Shown piece by piece: positions 41,201 to 54,289 of a stretch of 64,000 bases of DNA (positions are counted from its first letter, which is position 1; every line of letters starts with the position of its first letter). Both the position numbers and the translations under genes were made by a program. This stretch comes from Rhina ancylostomus (taxonomy: Eukaryota). The stretch spans positions 74,041,428-74,105,427 of the forward strand of contig JARFYF010000112.1 in assembly GCA_030265395.1 (NCBI GenBank), written 5' to 3'. The notes beneath the pieces were generated by a model. The model was not told the DNA's origin. It did not search any database and worked only from the letters and a program-made list of their open reading frames with translations.

Positions 41201-44200
41201 TTACAACCAGTTAGTTAAGATTCTTGTAGAAACATGGGCAGGTGTGGCAACAAGGTTTGTGCAGTTTCCTTTATCACCACATAGCTGCATACAGCTTGCT
41301 GAACTGAGTGAATTACTAATGACCCAGTGGATAGTATTAAAATTGAAACACTACAACAGCTTACAATATTGATGTAGAATGCAATTCTGTTTGGTTGCAA
41401 AATAATTTTTTAAACCCATTGATCGGGTTGTAGATGGAACCATGGGGACCAGACTTGAATTGTCATCTTGGAGACATCTGCTGCTCTCTGCACCTTGGCA
41501 AAATGATGCACTGCTGCTGCCAGAAGGCTATTCCAAAACTGATGCCCTTTTAAGCAGCCTTGATAACATAGACAGGTGTCCTTTCTGCATTGAGTATTGG
41601 TTGATAGTGGTGATGTATGCTATAATTGCACTGGATTTCTTCAAATAAGAAAGGAATAATAACAGAATGGAATAATGGGGCAGAAGTTTATACAGTCTGA
41701 AAGCTGGAATTTCATTGCTTGAACCCACAAACTATCACTGGTGTTCACAGCTCAAATAATAAATATGCTTCCAGAAGGTGCTCTGAGCTACAAAAACTGG
41801 GGAACTATTCATGCTCATTGCTGTAAATGGATGGATGTTGAGTAAGGGGGCTCAGCTTTGCTGCCTATGTAATAGTCTGTTAATATCCCAGCATAGATTT
41901 TACTGTCAGTGATATGTTAATAATAACAAGAATTAGGTAACATAAGAAGGATTGGAAAATATAACTCAGATGAGAAAATCGACTCCTCGTTGTCCAAGCT
42001 CAAATCTGAAGAATGACTGCATGGATGAGGTATTAAGGGGATCTGGTGCCCAGTGAACTTTGCTGTAGCAAGAGCAATCATCTTTGAGAGAGAAAGGCAA
42101 GGGAGTAAACAAGTAGCATCTCAACAATGAATGCGGCCAGTGAACTTGGGCAGGAATGGGCTTGAGTTACTTGGTTGTTAGTGAACAATGGTCACCTATA
42201 TTTAAGGCATTTCATTTACTGTTACAAAAACAGGAGTTGAAACTTTTTCCTGCCTCCTTCAGTTCAAGTCAAACATTCAAGAAACAGATGTCATGGGAAA
42301 GGAAGCTCCAGATGTTTATGTAAGATTATAAAAGGATGCAAGCTCTTATCAAAAGGATGGTTAGAGGCAGTTGAGGACACCACAACATTGTTGGCTATAC
42401 ATCTGGTCTGTAAAAATCTCAACTTTCCACAAAAGCAGGCCACAAGTTTTCCCCACAGTACTGAAGTAGGCTCCAATTCAGGACTTCTTCAGATTTGTCT
42501 TTTCTAATCTTTTTGCTGGCAGACAACACACTATGAAACTGCTTCATCCAAGGTAGCCAGAATTTGGACAACAAAATTCCTGCTGGATATATTCCTAAAA
42601 TCCTTAAACTGAATATATTGCAGTTCTACAAACAGCAACAGTGCTTTGAATGAATATTAGATAACAGACAAATGCATACAACTCAAAGTTCTCGACAATG
42701 GAGAAATAATAACCACAACATAGATATCTGTCATCCATACTCTTTTCTCTCATTCCTACATACTTTTGCTATTTTACTTTTCCCTCAATATTTATTTAGC
42801 TTTGGGATTGGCCATTGACTTCTGTTGGAAGAAAGATCAATATAATGTTAATGGAGATACGATGTCTCAGCATCATAGTAAGGATAGTAAAAAAAAAATC
42901 TACTAAATTCACAAGGCCTATGCATTAAAGAGAGTCCTTTCAATGTCACCAAAGTGTTGATGAGCTTTTTTGCCCCAATGAGAAGTACTGGGAACATTAT
43001 CACAGCAATAAACAGGCCAGGACCGGAAGAAGAGAGGGCAACCCCTCACAAGCTCTCACTGTGCTAAGTGTTGGTAGTCTGGATAAGAGCTGAAAAAGAG
43101 ACTGAGAACACAACTGAGATTATGAACTCATTTTGCACATTGATAGCATAGGTGCTCTCACAGAGCCTTTATAAACACAAGAGTCTCCCAAATCTGACCC
43201 TGATAGCTGCTGTGAACACTGAGGAACTTGGAAAGTTATAGTTGGACTACGGATTATCCAGATCTTAAAACACCTCGTAGGACATAGTAGCTCTCATTCA
43301 ACAAACAGACCACAAGAAAACATGGAAATACAAGACTGCCTAACTCACTCTTCCCACAGATTATGTGCAAATCATTATGCAATTTGCATCATCCATTCAA
43401 TCTTCAGTGTTACTTATCCTTAATCACCATAATGTATGATCTACAAAAGATCATCAGACAAAAACTCCAGAATATTTATCTATCCTCAGATCCCCATTAC
43501 TAAACCTGGCCTTCAAGCAACATTCTTCTTCAGTCTTAGCAGCTCAGAAGCCACGGAAGCCTGTGAACAACTTCATTAGTCAATATCCATTCTATGAAGC
43601 AACTGTTGCACTGAAGCCAAATATTATTCAACTTTGCCATTAATCTTCACTGTACAATGTGCTAAGTTGGGAGATCTTTAGTCTTGAGGGAGAATTCCAG
43701 TTACTGGTTCTCGTGCAGCTCTCCAATTTATACAAACTAGGAAATATCATGGATTTCTCAATCCCTGTAGAGAAAATAGACACTTAACCAAGGAGAAAGA
43801 TATTTCTCAATTGTGTTAGCTGCTTATAAAGAGCATCAGACCTCATTCATACCAACCAGATCAAAGATATGAAACATTTTGTTCAGACAGCTGGTGTAAT
43901 ACTCAGTGCTGCTGAAATTAATATTTAATATCCTTGCACCTTTGCACAGTTTGAAGAATATTGTAGTCCAGTACTAATTTCCCTTTCTCATGGCTTCCCC
44001 TCTTTATCCTCTGTGATTGTCTGCAGTCAGAGCCAAGACAAAACTATAAACCTTAAACCCAACTGGATAATGAATTCTTCCATTCATTATTAGATGTCTA
44101 CAATTAGGAATGTCAACTTGAAAAAAATTCCATATCAGATTTTTAATTGATTGCCCATATCAAAGAGTCTGAAATCCATAAGATCTTTGAGCACAATACT

Positions 44201-45526
44201 GCATAACTTCAGCAGGATTAAGACACGAAGGCTATAAACTCTCCCTGCATTGAAAGGCTTGTTGTTGTAGTTCTTACACAGGCTAAGCCAAGATTCAAAG
44301 CCTCTGCTGAGGACCATCTAGGGATCTTGGCCTGCATAATCAATCCAGGCCTCCGAAAGTGTCATTAAAGTTCATAGTTTTGCCCATTTCCCTCATAAAT
44401 AGGGCCAAGAGGACAAGACAAAAATTTTAATCTTAATTGCTTTTCCCCCCCACAGATGCCATCTGACCTGTAAGGTATGTCCAGCATTTTCAGACTGCCA
44501 ACATCTGCAGTATTTAGTTTTTGAAATGACGTTAAGCAGACAAATGCTGATGTATGTGCAACATTTTCTATTTTTATTTCAGAGCCTGGGGACTATGGCT
44601 TGTCGACAGTAATTTTGCGAACCACAGCCTGGGTTCCGGTGAGATTTAAAACAAAGTTCCTATTTCCTGCCTAATCACCTCTATCTGGTCTTTAGAAGAT
44701 GCAGCAGAGACCCGTTCAAGCTGCCAGCTACCCCGTCCAGATAATCGCTACATTTTTACACCTACATTTTGCCTGCCAAGTATGTTCTAAAGCAACGANN
44801 NNNNNNNNNNNNNNNNNNNNNNNNNNNNNNNNNNNNNNNNNNNNNNNNNNNNNNNNNNNNNNNNNNNNNNNNNNNNNNNNNNNNNNNNNNNNNNNNNNNN
44901 NNNNNNNNNNNNNNNNNNNNNNNNNNNNNNNNNNNNNNNNNNNNNNNNNNNNNNNNNNNNNNNNNNNNNNNNNNNNNNNNNNNNNNNNNNNNNNNNNNNN
45001 NNNNNNNNNNNNNNNNNNNNNNNNNNNNNNNNNNNNNNNNNNNNNNNNNNNNNNNNNNNNNNNNNNNNNNNNNNNNNNNNNNNNNNNNNNNNNNNNNNNN
45101 NNNNNNNNNNNNNNNNNNNNNNNNNNNNNNNNNNNNNNNNNNNNNNNNNNNNNNNNNNNNNNNNNNNNNNNNNNNNNNNNNNNNNNNNNNNNNNNNNNNN
45201 NNNNNNNNNNNNNNNNNNNNNNNNNNNNNNNNNNNNNNNNNNNNNNNNNNNNNNNNNNNNNNNNNNNNNNNNNNNNNNNNNNNNNNNNNNNNNNNNNNNN
45301 NNNNNNNNNNNNNNNNNNNNNNNNNNNNNNNNNNNNNNNNNNNNNNNNNNNNNNNNNNNNNNNNNNNNNNNNNNNNNNNNNNNNNNNNNNNNNNNNNNNN
45401 NNNNNNNNNNNNNNNNNNNNNNNNNNNNNNNNNNNNNNNNNNNNNNNNNNNNNNNNNNNNNNNNNNNNNNNNNNNNNNNNNNNNNNNNNNNNNNNNNNNN
45501 NNNNNNNNNNNNNNNNNNNNNNNNNN

Positions 45527-46700
45527 AGGGGGAAATAAAACGAATGAAGGGCCAGCCTCTGAATTCGGAAAATTATGTTTTTTATTCTGCCTGATGAATC
45601 TTGATGCCGGTGGATGTTTTAAAGGAATAACTCCGCAATGAATTCAGGTCTGACTTACCGCAGTCCGTCAGAGTCATCCCACCATCCAGATTCACAGAGC
45701 TGCAGCCCTGAGAAGGAGCGGGTCAGGATCACCTTTCGGCTCCACACGTCTAATTCTGAGAGATAAACCGCCGAGAGATTCCATGGCAGAGCCGAGGAAA
45801 AAACGACCTCAGGCTGAGGGAATTCGAATGGATCTGGTAACACTGGTGGGAGTGACCTAACGCAGCCTACATCTCCCTCGCACACATCCACACCCGCACA
45901 CGTAGAGCCAAGCCCAGCTCGCACCAGCGGCAAGTCTGGCATCACAGCACAGCAAATCTCTCACCCAGGGCTCCCGGGCAGTGCCAAGACAGGGGAGCGT
46001 TGAGAATTTAAAAAGGAGTTTACAGTGTCATTCTAATAAATCCCTTAAACAATGTTAAACTTTTTCTTTGCTTTCTTTAACCATGAAACAGTAGGAAGAT
46101 GCTGGCTTTACCATCACACGAGCCCCGACACTCAAAGACTCCCAACTTAACCCAATACGCGACCCTTTCCTCACAAAAGTTGTCCTTTAAGTGTTTTCCC
46201 ATTCCCATTCAGTGGTGGATAGCGTTTCCAACACTTATTTTTCTCGCAGGACATCTGATGATCCAACTGTCCTGTAAAAAATATCCTCCCAACGTCTTTG
46301 TTCTTTCTGTGATCTTAAGTTCATGCGCGTCAGTTACCGATCCTGTGCAAAAAACTAACTGCTGAAGGAACACTCGGGCAGCATCAATTAGTTTCAGATT
46401 CCAGCATCTGCAGTCTCGAGTCTCCAATGCCGTGCATCCAGTTGTTCCAGGTGATCAAAATCCAACTCTGAAAATGCTTTATTCATCTTTGTTCTAATGA
46501 TGACACCCACCCTCCGGGGGGAATGAAATCTCTTATCCCTTACATCATCTCGGTAAGATTCTCTGACCCTTCCTTCCACGCCCAAGTTGTGGAACAAAGT
46601 TGGAGTGTGTGCGCAAGAGGTGGGAGAAGGGACATAGGTCTCCTTAATAATATGATGAGCCCGTGTGCACATCTGCATATAGTACACCTCAGTTTAAAGT
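45527..46700 (-). promoter_or_regulatory. CpG-enriched region with candidate STARD8 promoter/first exon (donor after 45659)
   Basis: Locally high CpG density next to a ~730-N gap; strong donor CG|gtaagt; ATG at 45675-45677 gives MTLTDC+G, phase-compatible with exon 38267. Confidence 0.5.
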
Positions 46701-49059
46701 GCCCCTTTAAAAGCTGTCAGATTTAAATCCCTCGCTTCTTTTATTTAATATATAACATTACACAGCGATGGGACATAAAATAGTACTGGAGAGAACGATT
46801 ACTGCAGAAATTAGTCTTCACTGAGCATACCTGCCAGGTGCAATGACTTTTTCAAATTGCCAAGATATATTGCTGCATGTGATAGCAGTGTTGAAAGGTG
46901 CCCAGAAGTCTTCTTGCTTCTTATAAGTCGAGATGGTACTTACTTTAANNNNNNNNNNNNNNNNNNNNNNNNNNNNNNNNNNNNNNNNNNNNNNNNNNNN
47001 NNNNNNNNNNNNNNNNNNNNNNNNNNNNNNNNNNNNNNNNNNNNNNNNNNNNNNNNNNNNNNNNNNNNNNNNNNNNNNNNNNNNNNNNNNNNNNNNNNNN
47101 NNNNNNNNNNNNNNNNNNNNNNNNNNNNNNNNNNNNNNNNNNNNNNNNNNNNNNNNNNNNNNNNNNNNNNNNNNNNNNNNNNNNNNNNNNNNNNNNNNNN
47201 NNNNNNNNNNNNNNNNNNTCCTCACCAGATAAGTGACATGTAAAAACAATGAGAAAACCTAACAACAGAAAGTGGGACTTATAGATTTTGGAATGAAGAG
47301 GAACGCCACAAACTACACAAAGGCAAATTGTGGAGTCCTACATGCCTTGATTGCCTTGGGGTTTTCCAATCATTCCCAAGTTGCTACTGCTGTAGGATGT
47401 AGATTAAGTCCCAAATTTGATGAGGAACTAGAATTAGCACTCCTCCTGGCCAAGGGGAAAGCAATTGCCAAGATTCTCCATTCCCAAATGCTGTTGAAGA
47501 GCCCTGGTGAAAGTGACGTTTAGTGCAAATCACCCACCATCAATCATCTTAACTTTTCAGCATTCTACAGAAGAGAGGAACTAGACCACCTTACGTAAAT
47601 GGAAAGTCAGAGTTTAGAAATGTGTACAGCTGTAATCAAAGCCTGCTCATCATACAGACAAATAATATATCTGGTTGAATCTATGCAGAAGAGCTACTTA
47701 AATTTATCATCATTAAAATTTATGNNNNNNNNNNNNNGGCCCATTAGTTAACAAGCTATTTCACACTGACCAATGTTTTCTTTACTGAGTGTACAGCTTC
47801 TATATCAAAAGAACTTAAACCAACATCGATTTATATTGGTAAGATCCAGATTCCAGAACTGGGCACCAATTGTTAATAGCTTGCAAGTAGCAAATGAGAA
47901 GCCAAAGGAATGACATGGTAACAGAAATGCCACCTTGGTGCCATGTTATACATATGGTAGGAGGCATTTCAGGATGATGCTTTTGGCGTAATATAGAGGG
48001 AGAAATTTATTGATCATCTTACCTCCAAGGACCCTATCTTACCAGACAGAATAGGTGGAACTTACTTTGGATGTAACCTGACACATCTGTCAGCTGCTGA
48101 TTTTGAAACACAAAAGCAAACACTACCCAGATGCTGCTGGAGGAAGACAGTTCAGTGTACACCCTGAAAATTGCTGGAAGTATGAACTAAGAACGGGGCA
48201 GATGGACTTTGGCAAACAAGAGTTCATCTCCTTAGCTACCTAAGGATTGAGAAATAAAAAGGAAGGAGGAAAGAGGGTGAGTAAGAATCAAATCAAAAGG
48301 AAAAAGGTTTGGGTTGAGAGTGAAAAATGAGACAGAAATTTTAAAAATCTCTAAAGTGTAATTTAGATCCAACCTTTTAAATTCTTTTCCACTGAGACCA
48401 GAGAAGTTGATAGGCATTTCAGGACCCTCACAATCTAAGTAATCTCCTCAACCTTCCAGAGTAAGTGAACCGATAATTAACATGCAAATACAGTGATTTA
48501 ATGAAACTCACAGGGACAATTAGTGCAAAAAGCTATATCTGCAAAGTCAAATACAAAGGGGGGAAAAATCATCCAGCAATTTGTCACAATTCACAATTTA
48601 CAGATATCTCTTTCCTAACACAAGTTACTGGACAATTTACTCATTATTAACTGGGTACGCATTAAATTTTGGAGGCAAATTCTTGTCCATTATCCAGACC
48701 TTTAATTTATCAATCAATAAATTAAAGCCCAGGACTGTGCACATGTGCATGAGCATGCATACATGCATGTATATTACACAAACACACACACAAATACACA
48801 TGCTCTCATACAAACACATACATTGTATTCACACAAAAACATATGCTCACAAAATCATGCACACATTCACACACAGACTTATACATACAAACATGTACTC
48901 ACTTTNNNNNNNNNNNNNNNNNNNNNNNNNNNNNNNNNNNNNNNNNNNNNNNNNNNNNNNNNNNNNNNNNNNNNNNNNNNNNNNNNNNNNNNNNNNNNNN
49001 NNNNNNNNNNNNNNNNNNNNNNNNNNNNNNNNNNNNNNGAAATTGCAACAAGGTTGAGA

Positions 49060-50569
49060 TGCACTCACACACACAACAAACTGGGTACAAAAAAATCAAG
49101 GAAGGAACAATACAGTGCCTGCCACCCCTTGATTCAGTGCAAGCATTGGCTCTACTCTCCCGGGAATCTACCTAGGACACTCCTAATCCTTGTGGAAGTG
49201 CAAACTCTTACCAATGGTGTCTTCAGCATTGTTTCACGATTCCTGGAGCAATCAAAAGAGAGAGAACCATGCACGTGTGGCATTCTTTATCGTGCTGGAG
49301 GGCTGGGTGGTCCAGCCCAGGTAATTCAAGCAAGCCAATGGCTCAAGGCCAGGTACAAAGGTGTTTACAGAGGTCCAAGGTCAAGTGTGAACTAATGGGT
49401 GGGTGGAGTCAGACTTTGATTGACAATGATGTGACTTTCGACCAGATTGTCAATGGTGTCATGTGACCAGATGGTCAATGGTGTCACCTTCAGTGTGTTG
49501 CATGCCACTCTCATTTCGTTAGCCAGCGTCTGAAGCATGCTGGTCATTTGGATGACCTCACGGGACAGTCGGGCCATGCCATACATGGGAAAGGCTATCA
49601 TCCAGAACCTCTCCACCTCCATGATAGCCCTCTTGTCCCGGTGGCTGCTGTATGCCAGGTCCTCCCTAAGGTCATCGGGAGTGTGGATATAGGGCACCAC
49701 AAATGCTGGAAAGCAGCAACCGTGCCAGCTCGTGGGGAGCCACAGATAGACACGATGGCCACAAATCCAGTGGGTCCCGTTCAAAGTCCAGGGAGCCCCA
49801 GCATAGCGGCACCATCGGCAGTGGTTGCTGAGGCACCCGGATACCAGTTTCACTTGCATTCACTGTAGCCAACTGAAAGCATAGAAGTCTGCTCATTCAG
49901 GAGTATTCCCGAGGCTTGGTCAGCAGCTGTGGAATGACTCGGAAGGTCGGGACTCAGGTGGAGGTCAAATTGTAGGGAAGGAAATACCAGTTCCTGAAAC
50001 ACCCACCCCACTGAGGATCACTGGAAGGGATATCCTGTAGTGGTAAGGGGAGTGGTCGGGAACTGCCATCTGCCACCACCCCCCCCCCCTCCAAACAGAT
50101 ATACCAAACCTGGCAGGTGTGAACAGTCTATGTAAGCAGTTCATTTGAAGATCATCCGAGGGATCAGTGTAACTGGTAGAGCTTCACCAGCGTGTACTGG
50201 GGTTCAGACACAAATCCAGCAGTCTGATTTGTTGGAGGTGTTGGCGAATTCATAGGTGATTCTGCGGAAGGTGTCAGCAGACGTTCCGATGCCAATCATC
50301 ACAGTGAACAGAAGGAGTGAGTGTAGTAGTGGCATTATCCTGTAGGGGTGGGGGGGGAGCGTTGAGGAACAGACTCATTTTGGCGGGTCAGGTGTTGGGT
50401 ATGAAGACAGGATAGGTTTGTGTGACCCGGAATCACGACCCAACAGGTGTCCCCGGAACCACACGCAATGACCTCTCCCTTCTGAGGGAGTCCCTGTGGC
50501 GGTCGGACCCACACTCTCCCTGAGTCTTCGGTCTTGGGGGGGTTTGGGGTCTTGCAAGTCGGGAGGTGG
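49060..50569 (-). mobile_element. Degraded endogenous retrovirus: integrase C-terminus + env + putative 3' LTR remnant
   Basis: pol end GRVWVRPPQGLPQKGEVIACGSGDTCWV (50335-50569); env from ATG 50333-50335 with signal peptide, CWIC, NGTHWICG..LPTSWHGCC, RDKR, fusion peptide; LTR-like sequence below ~49500. Confidence 0.85.
49500..50335 (-). pseudogene. env: Retroviral env pseudogene (gamma-type SU/TM)
   Basis: MPLLHSLLLFTVMIGIGTSADTFRRITYEFANTSNKSDCWICV* (CWIC 50210-50221, stop 50204-50206); frameshifts; furin site RDKR at 49629-49640 followed by AIMEVERFWMIAFPMYGMARLSREV. Confidence 0.85.
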
Positions 50570-50695
50570 NNNNNNNNNNNNNNNNNNNNNNNNNNNNNNN
50601 NNNNNNNNNNNNNNNNNNNNNNNNNNNNNNNNNNNNNNNNNNNNNNNNNNNNNNNNNNNNNNNNNNNNNCACACAAACACACATGCCTGCACACT

Positions 50696-50696
<1 letters not shown>

Positions 50697-50741
<45 letters not shown>
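50697..50741 (+). repeat. (CA)n microsatellite; degenerate CA-rich tracts also at 48740-48900 and 51180-51400
   Basis: Direct reading. Confidence 0.95.
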
Positions 50742-50745
<4 letters not shown>

Positions 50746-52619
50746 TATGAATGAAAACCAGCTGAAAGCAATCCTCTTTGGCAATGTCGACCCTACTATA
50801 GAAAAAAAAATTAGCAGCATCTCTGAATATTCCTTGGAACTGTGTACACCCCACAGGCTGCATCTCAAAGAAACCCCATCTGGAATTCTATCCAGATGCC
50901 TTAATGAAACTCAGTATTCATTCCCTGAGAAGTGAGACCCACCTTTTAATCAACCAGTGCTGTTTTATGTTTCTTCCCCCCAACACTTAAGGAGTGACCT
51001 CATTCATGGGAAGTGGAAAGTAAAAAAGATTTTATTTGAACGTAGTCATTGAGTCTTTATTCACACAGCTTGCTTCTAATTACGTGGGTCATCCTGGCGC
51101 CGGAGCTGAAACCCAGCCCAAAGCAAGCAGTGACCCAGAGTTTAAATTTAGATGGGCAGCAACCACTCTGCACTGCAGAGTCACACCCCCACACCCACCA
51201 GCCCAACACAAACAAACACATNNNNNNNNNNNNNNNNNNNNNNNNNNNNNNNNNNNNNNNNNNNNNNNNNNNNNNNNNNNNNNNNNNNNNNNNNNNNNNN
51301 NNNNNNNNNNNNNNNNNNNNNNNNNNNNNNNNNNNNNNNNNNNNNNNNNNNNNNNNNNNNNNNNNNNNNNNNNNAGATGCACACACTCACACAAACACAA
51401 TCTATTATGTAAGAACATAGGAATTTTTAGGAACAGGAAAAAGTCATTAATCTTAAAGCACTCCTTCACTCTGGATCAACTCCACCTACTTCCATCTTGA
51501 TCTATTCATTCTACAGAAACACATTTAATTATCACTTGTGAATCATTCTACCACCCCCAAACATTCAATTTTCTCCTCACCTCTTTCCTTCTACTACAAG
51601 GGGTTTGCTACAGTTAGGCCATAATTCCTTAGAAGAATTAACCTCTCAAACCTCAGCAACATAGTCATCCTTCCAGCATGAGCTCGCTCAGCATTGGCAG
51701 AATAGTTAACTGCAGATAACATTGCAGCAGATTCCTACGCTGCTCTCTTCCTTTTGATAGCAACATCCCACCAATCTGCCCCATCATGACTCCCAACCAT
51801 TTTCTAGATATTTTCAATAGGATGGAAGGGGCAGTGGCAAATCCTGAAGCAGAAACAAGGAGCATCATTATCATTGATTAAGGCACCTATCTCACCACCA
51901 GAATAGCCCTATTTTAGGTGAGATGCTAAAGGCCAGTGGTTGTGGCAGATGCCCTCATCATGTTTAAAATGTACCTGGATGTGCCTGTGTCCTATAACCT
52001 TCAAGGGCATAGACTGTGAGCTGGGAAGTTGGTTTAGTCCAAATAGCTCTATGTTTGGCTAGTATGGAAGTGATGGAATGAATGGCCCCTTTCTGTACTG
52101 TAAATTTCCATAAATTTCTGATTTCATGCCCCTCTTGATATTTAAGCATTGATGCGTTTCAAACTGGAACAGTATTGGAGCAGGCTATTCAAAGAACTGA
52201 AACATAAGGAAAATCTCTCATGAAGTGGTGATGTGTCCTTCTGAAAAAGTGTTTGGGGGAAAAAAAAATTCTTGATATTCTACCAGAACGGACGAGCGTT
52301 CCCAGGCAGTTTCCTTCCTTACTCAATCAGGCCAGTTTGAAGGCGGGTAGGGGGCAGGGGAGGAAGCTGCTCAGAATATTTTTGGCAATTATATTCAAGC
52401 TAACTGTCTTGTGAATCATGGGCCTCCGAAAGTGTGCACTGCAGACAAAGCTTCATAAATAGGAAACAGCCCCGGGAAGCACAGAGAAGCGGGAAGAGGG
52501 ATTTTTTTAAAAAAAGAATGTAAGAATTTAACTCTTTAGTTGCATTAATATCTTGGTTCAATTGACAACATTCAATGTTTTGTGTCAGGAGAGTGTGGGT
52601 TAGTCCCACATCAAGACTT

Positions 52620-52810
52620 AAGCAAATAAATTGATATTCCTGGATCACTTGCATACAATTCTGACCTGGAAATATATCAGTGGTCCTTCATCATCGAAGG
52701 CGCTAAATCCTGGAAATCCCTGCCCAACAGAACTATGGGAGTACCATCACCAGAAGGTATACAGCAGTTCAAACAGGTGGCTCACAACCACCTTCTCGAG
52801 GACTTGTATC
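52620..52810 (+). mobile_element. Old LINE 3'-end fragment (related copies near 18220-18490, 22380-22560, 59080-59240, 59620-59740)
   Basis: Shared sequence ctgacctggaaatatatc..ccttcatc..aaatcctggaa.tccct..cagcagttcaa..ggctcac.accaccttctc. Confidence 0.55.
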
Positions 52811-54289
52811 CAGCAGCCAGTTAGAAAATGGAACTCGATAATACATGAAGTGATATTATAGTTTCAATTAAGACAGCTAGGTAAGTCAACAAGGCTGAAA
52901 GCAATAGCAACTGATAAGGCTACCTGAAGTTTAGTGGAAGAATATTCACGTGAAGCATAAAACACCAGCACAAAACCCTTGAGCAGTATGATTTGCTTCT
53001 ATGTTGTAAATTCTATGTAATCCACCTCATTGATCTTGTTGAGATTTTAATGATGTAATTGTATTAATGTATCATTGCATTCCAAAGCATTAACTATATG
53101 CCAAGCAGTTTATTGCTCAAATCAAAAACATTGGTTCATTGGTAGAAAGGTTGCCCAATACATGTATTATTTCATTCCATATCACATTCAGGAAAAGCCT
53201 GAATGATTCAAACTAGGTGAAGAGTTACAGTATTGGAATATTGGAGTATATGTTCATCTTCACTGATGATAACCCACCGACCATTGAGTGGAAGGGTTCT
53301 AATGAGATTGGGAAATCCACTCAGATTAATGATCTCTTAGTGAAGATGGAATTTTTACCCACTTAAAGTTGCTGATGTTGTGTAAAATGCAACATAAGCT
53401 GCAAATGTTATTATGGCATAAAATGCTCCTGAACAAAACTGAGAAAGACTAGCAGTGAAAATCCATGCAAGTATGAAGGAAACATAGTCTTTGCAGTGCT
53501 CACTGATAACTAGCAATCTGTTAACAGAGTGATGGCCATCGAAAAAAGTGAGGTCTTACTTGGAGATTTGAAAACAATTATAATTATTTTGGTTCTTTTG
53601 TGTGACCACAATCAGATATTCATTAGGGCTGTACTATCCTGGAGTCCATTAGTCATTCATGCAGAAATAGATTTTCATTTAGTTAGTTATACAATACAAT
53701 ATTAGGATCAGACGAGTTGGGTTTGGATCTTTTAACTTTGTCAGCCAAGAAGTAATTCCAATACATACAGCCAATAGCCATCAGACCAGTTTTTACTCTA
53801 AACTTCAAGCAGTTTTCATGGAAATAGTTTACAAGGATATGATCAGGAAATTCTTTCAAATGGAAACACTAAGACAAAAGGAATAAGTTGGGTTAGTTTC
53901 TTCTTACAAGTTCATATTTACATGAATTTAGAAATTTAAAATGCAAAAAAATTTACAGGAAGAATTTAATACTGCTGGTGGGAAGGTTCATCTACTATAA
54001 TTCTTCCCATTTAATTGCACTTTATAACAATCAAAGAGATAACTTCCTATCCACATAATAACATACATCTCACTTAGTTCTTGCCATGTTCAGCTCAAAA
54101 GTTCAGTCATGACAGTGACCCTACAGTTGTGGTATCCATCATATTACTCATCCTACTCAGTGTTTCTGTGGCCTTTTACATTGCTCCCTCACTTCCAGGT
54201 TCTTTTCATGACCTGCTCTCAGTAGGCCTCGGGACCATGTCTGGTATCTACTATTTTCCCATCCCAGAACATCCTCATAAGGGGCTTAA

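Noticed and set aside
44699-45641. 279-290 aa ORFs and other X-filled ORFs (46.8-51.5 kb, 58.8-59.1 kb)
   Set aside because: Artefacts of reading through N gaps
49392-49859. Domesticated syncytin-like env gene
   Set aside because: In-frame stops and frameshifts in SU and loss of the TM ectodomain and anchor indicate a pseudogene
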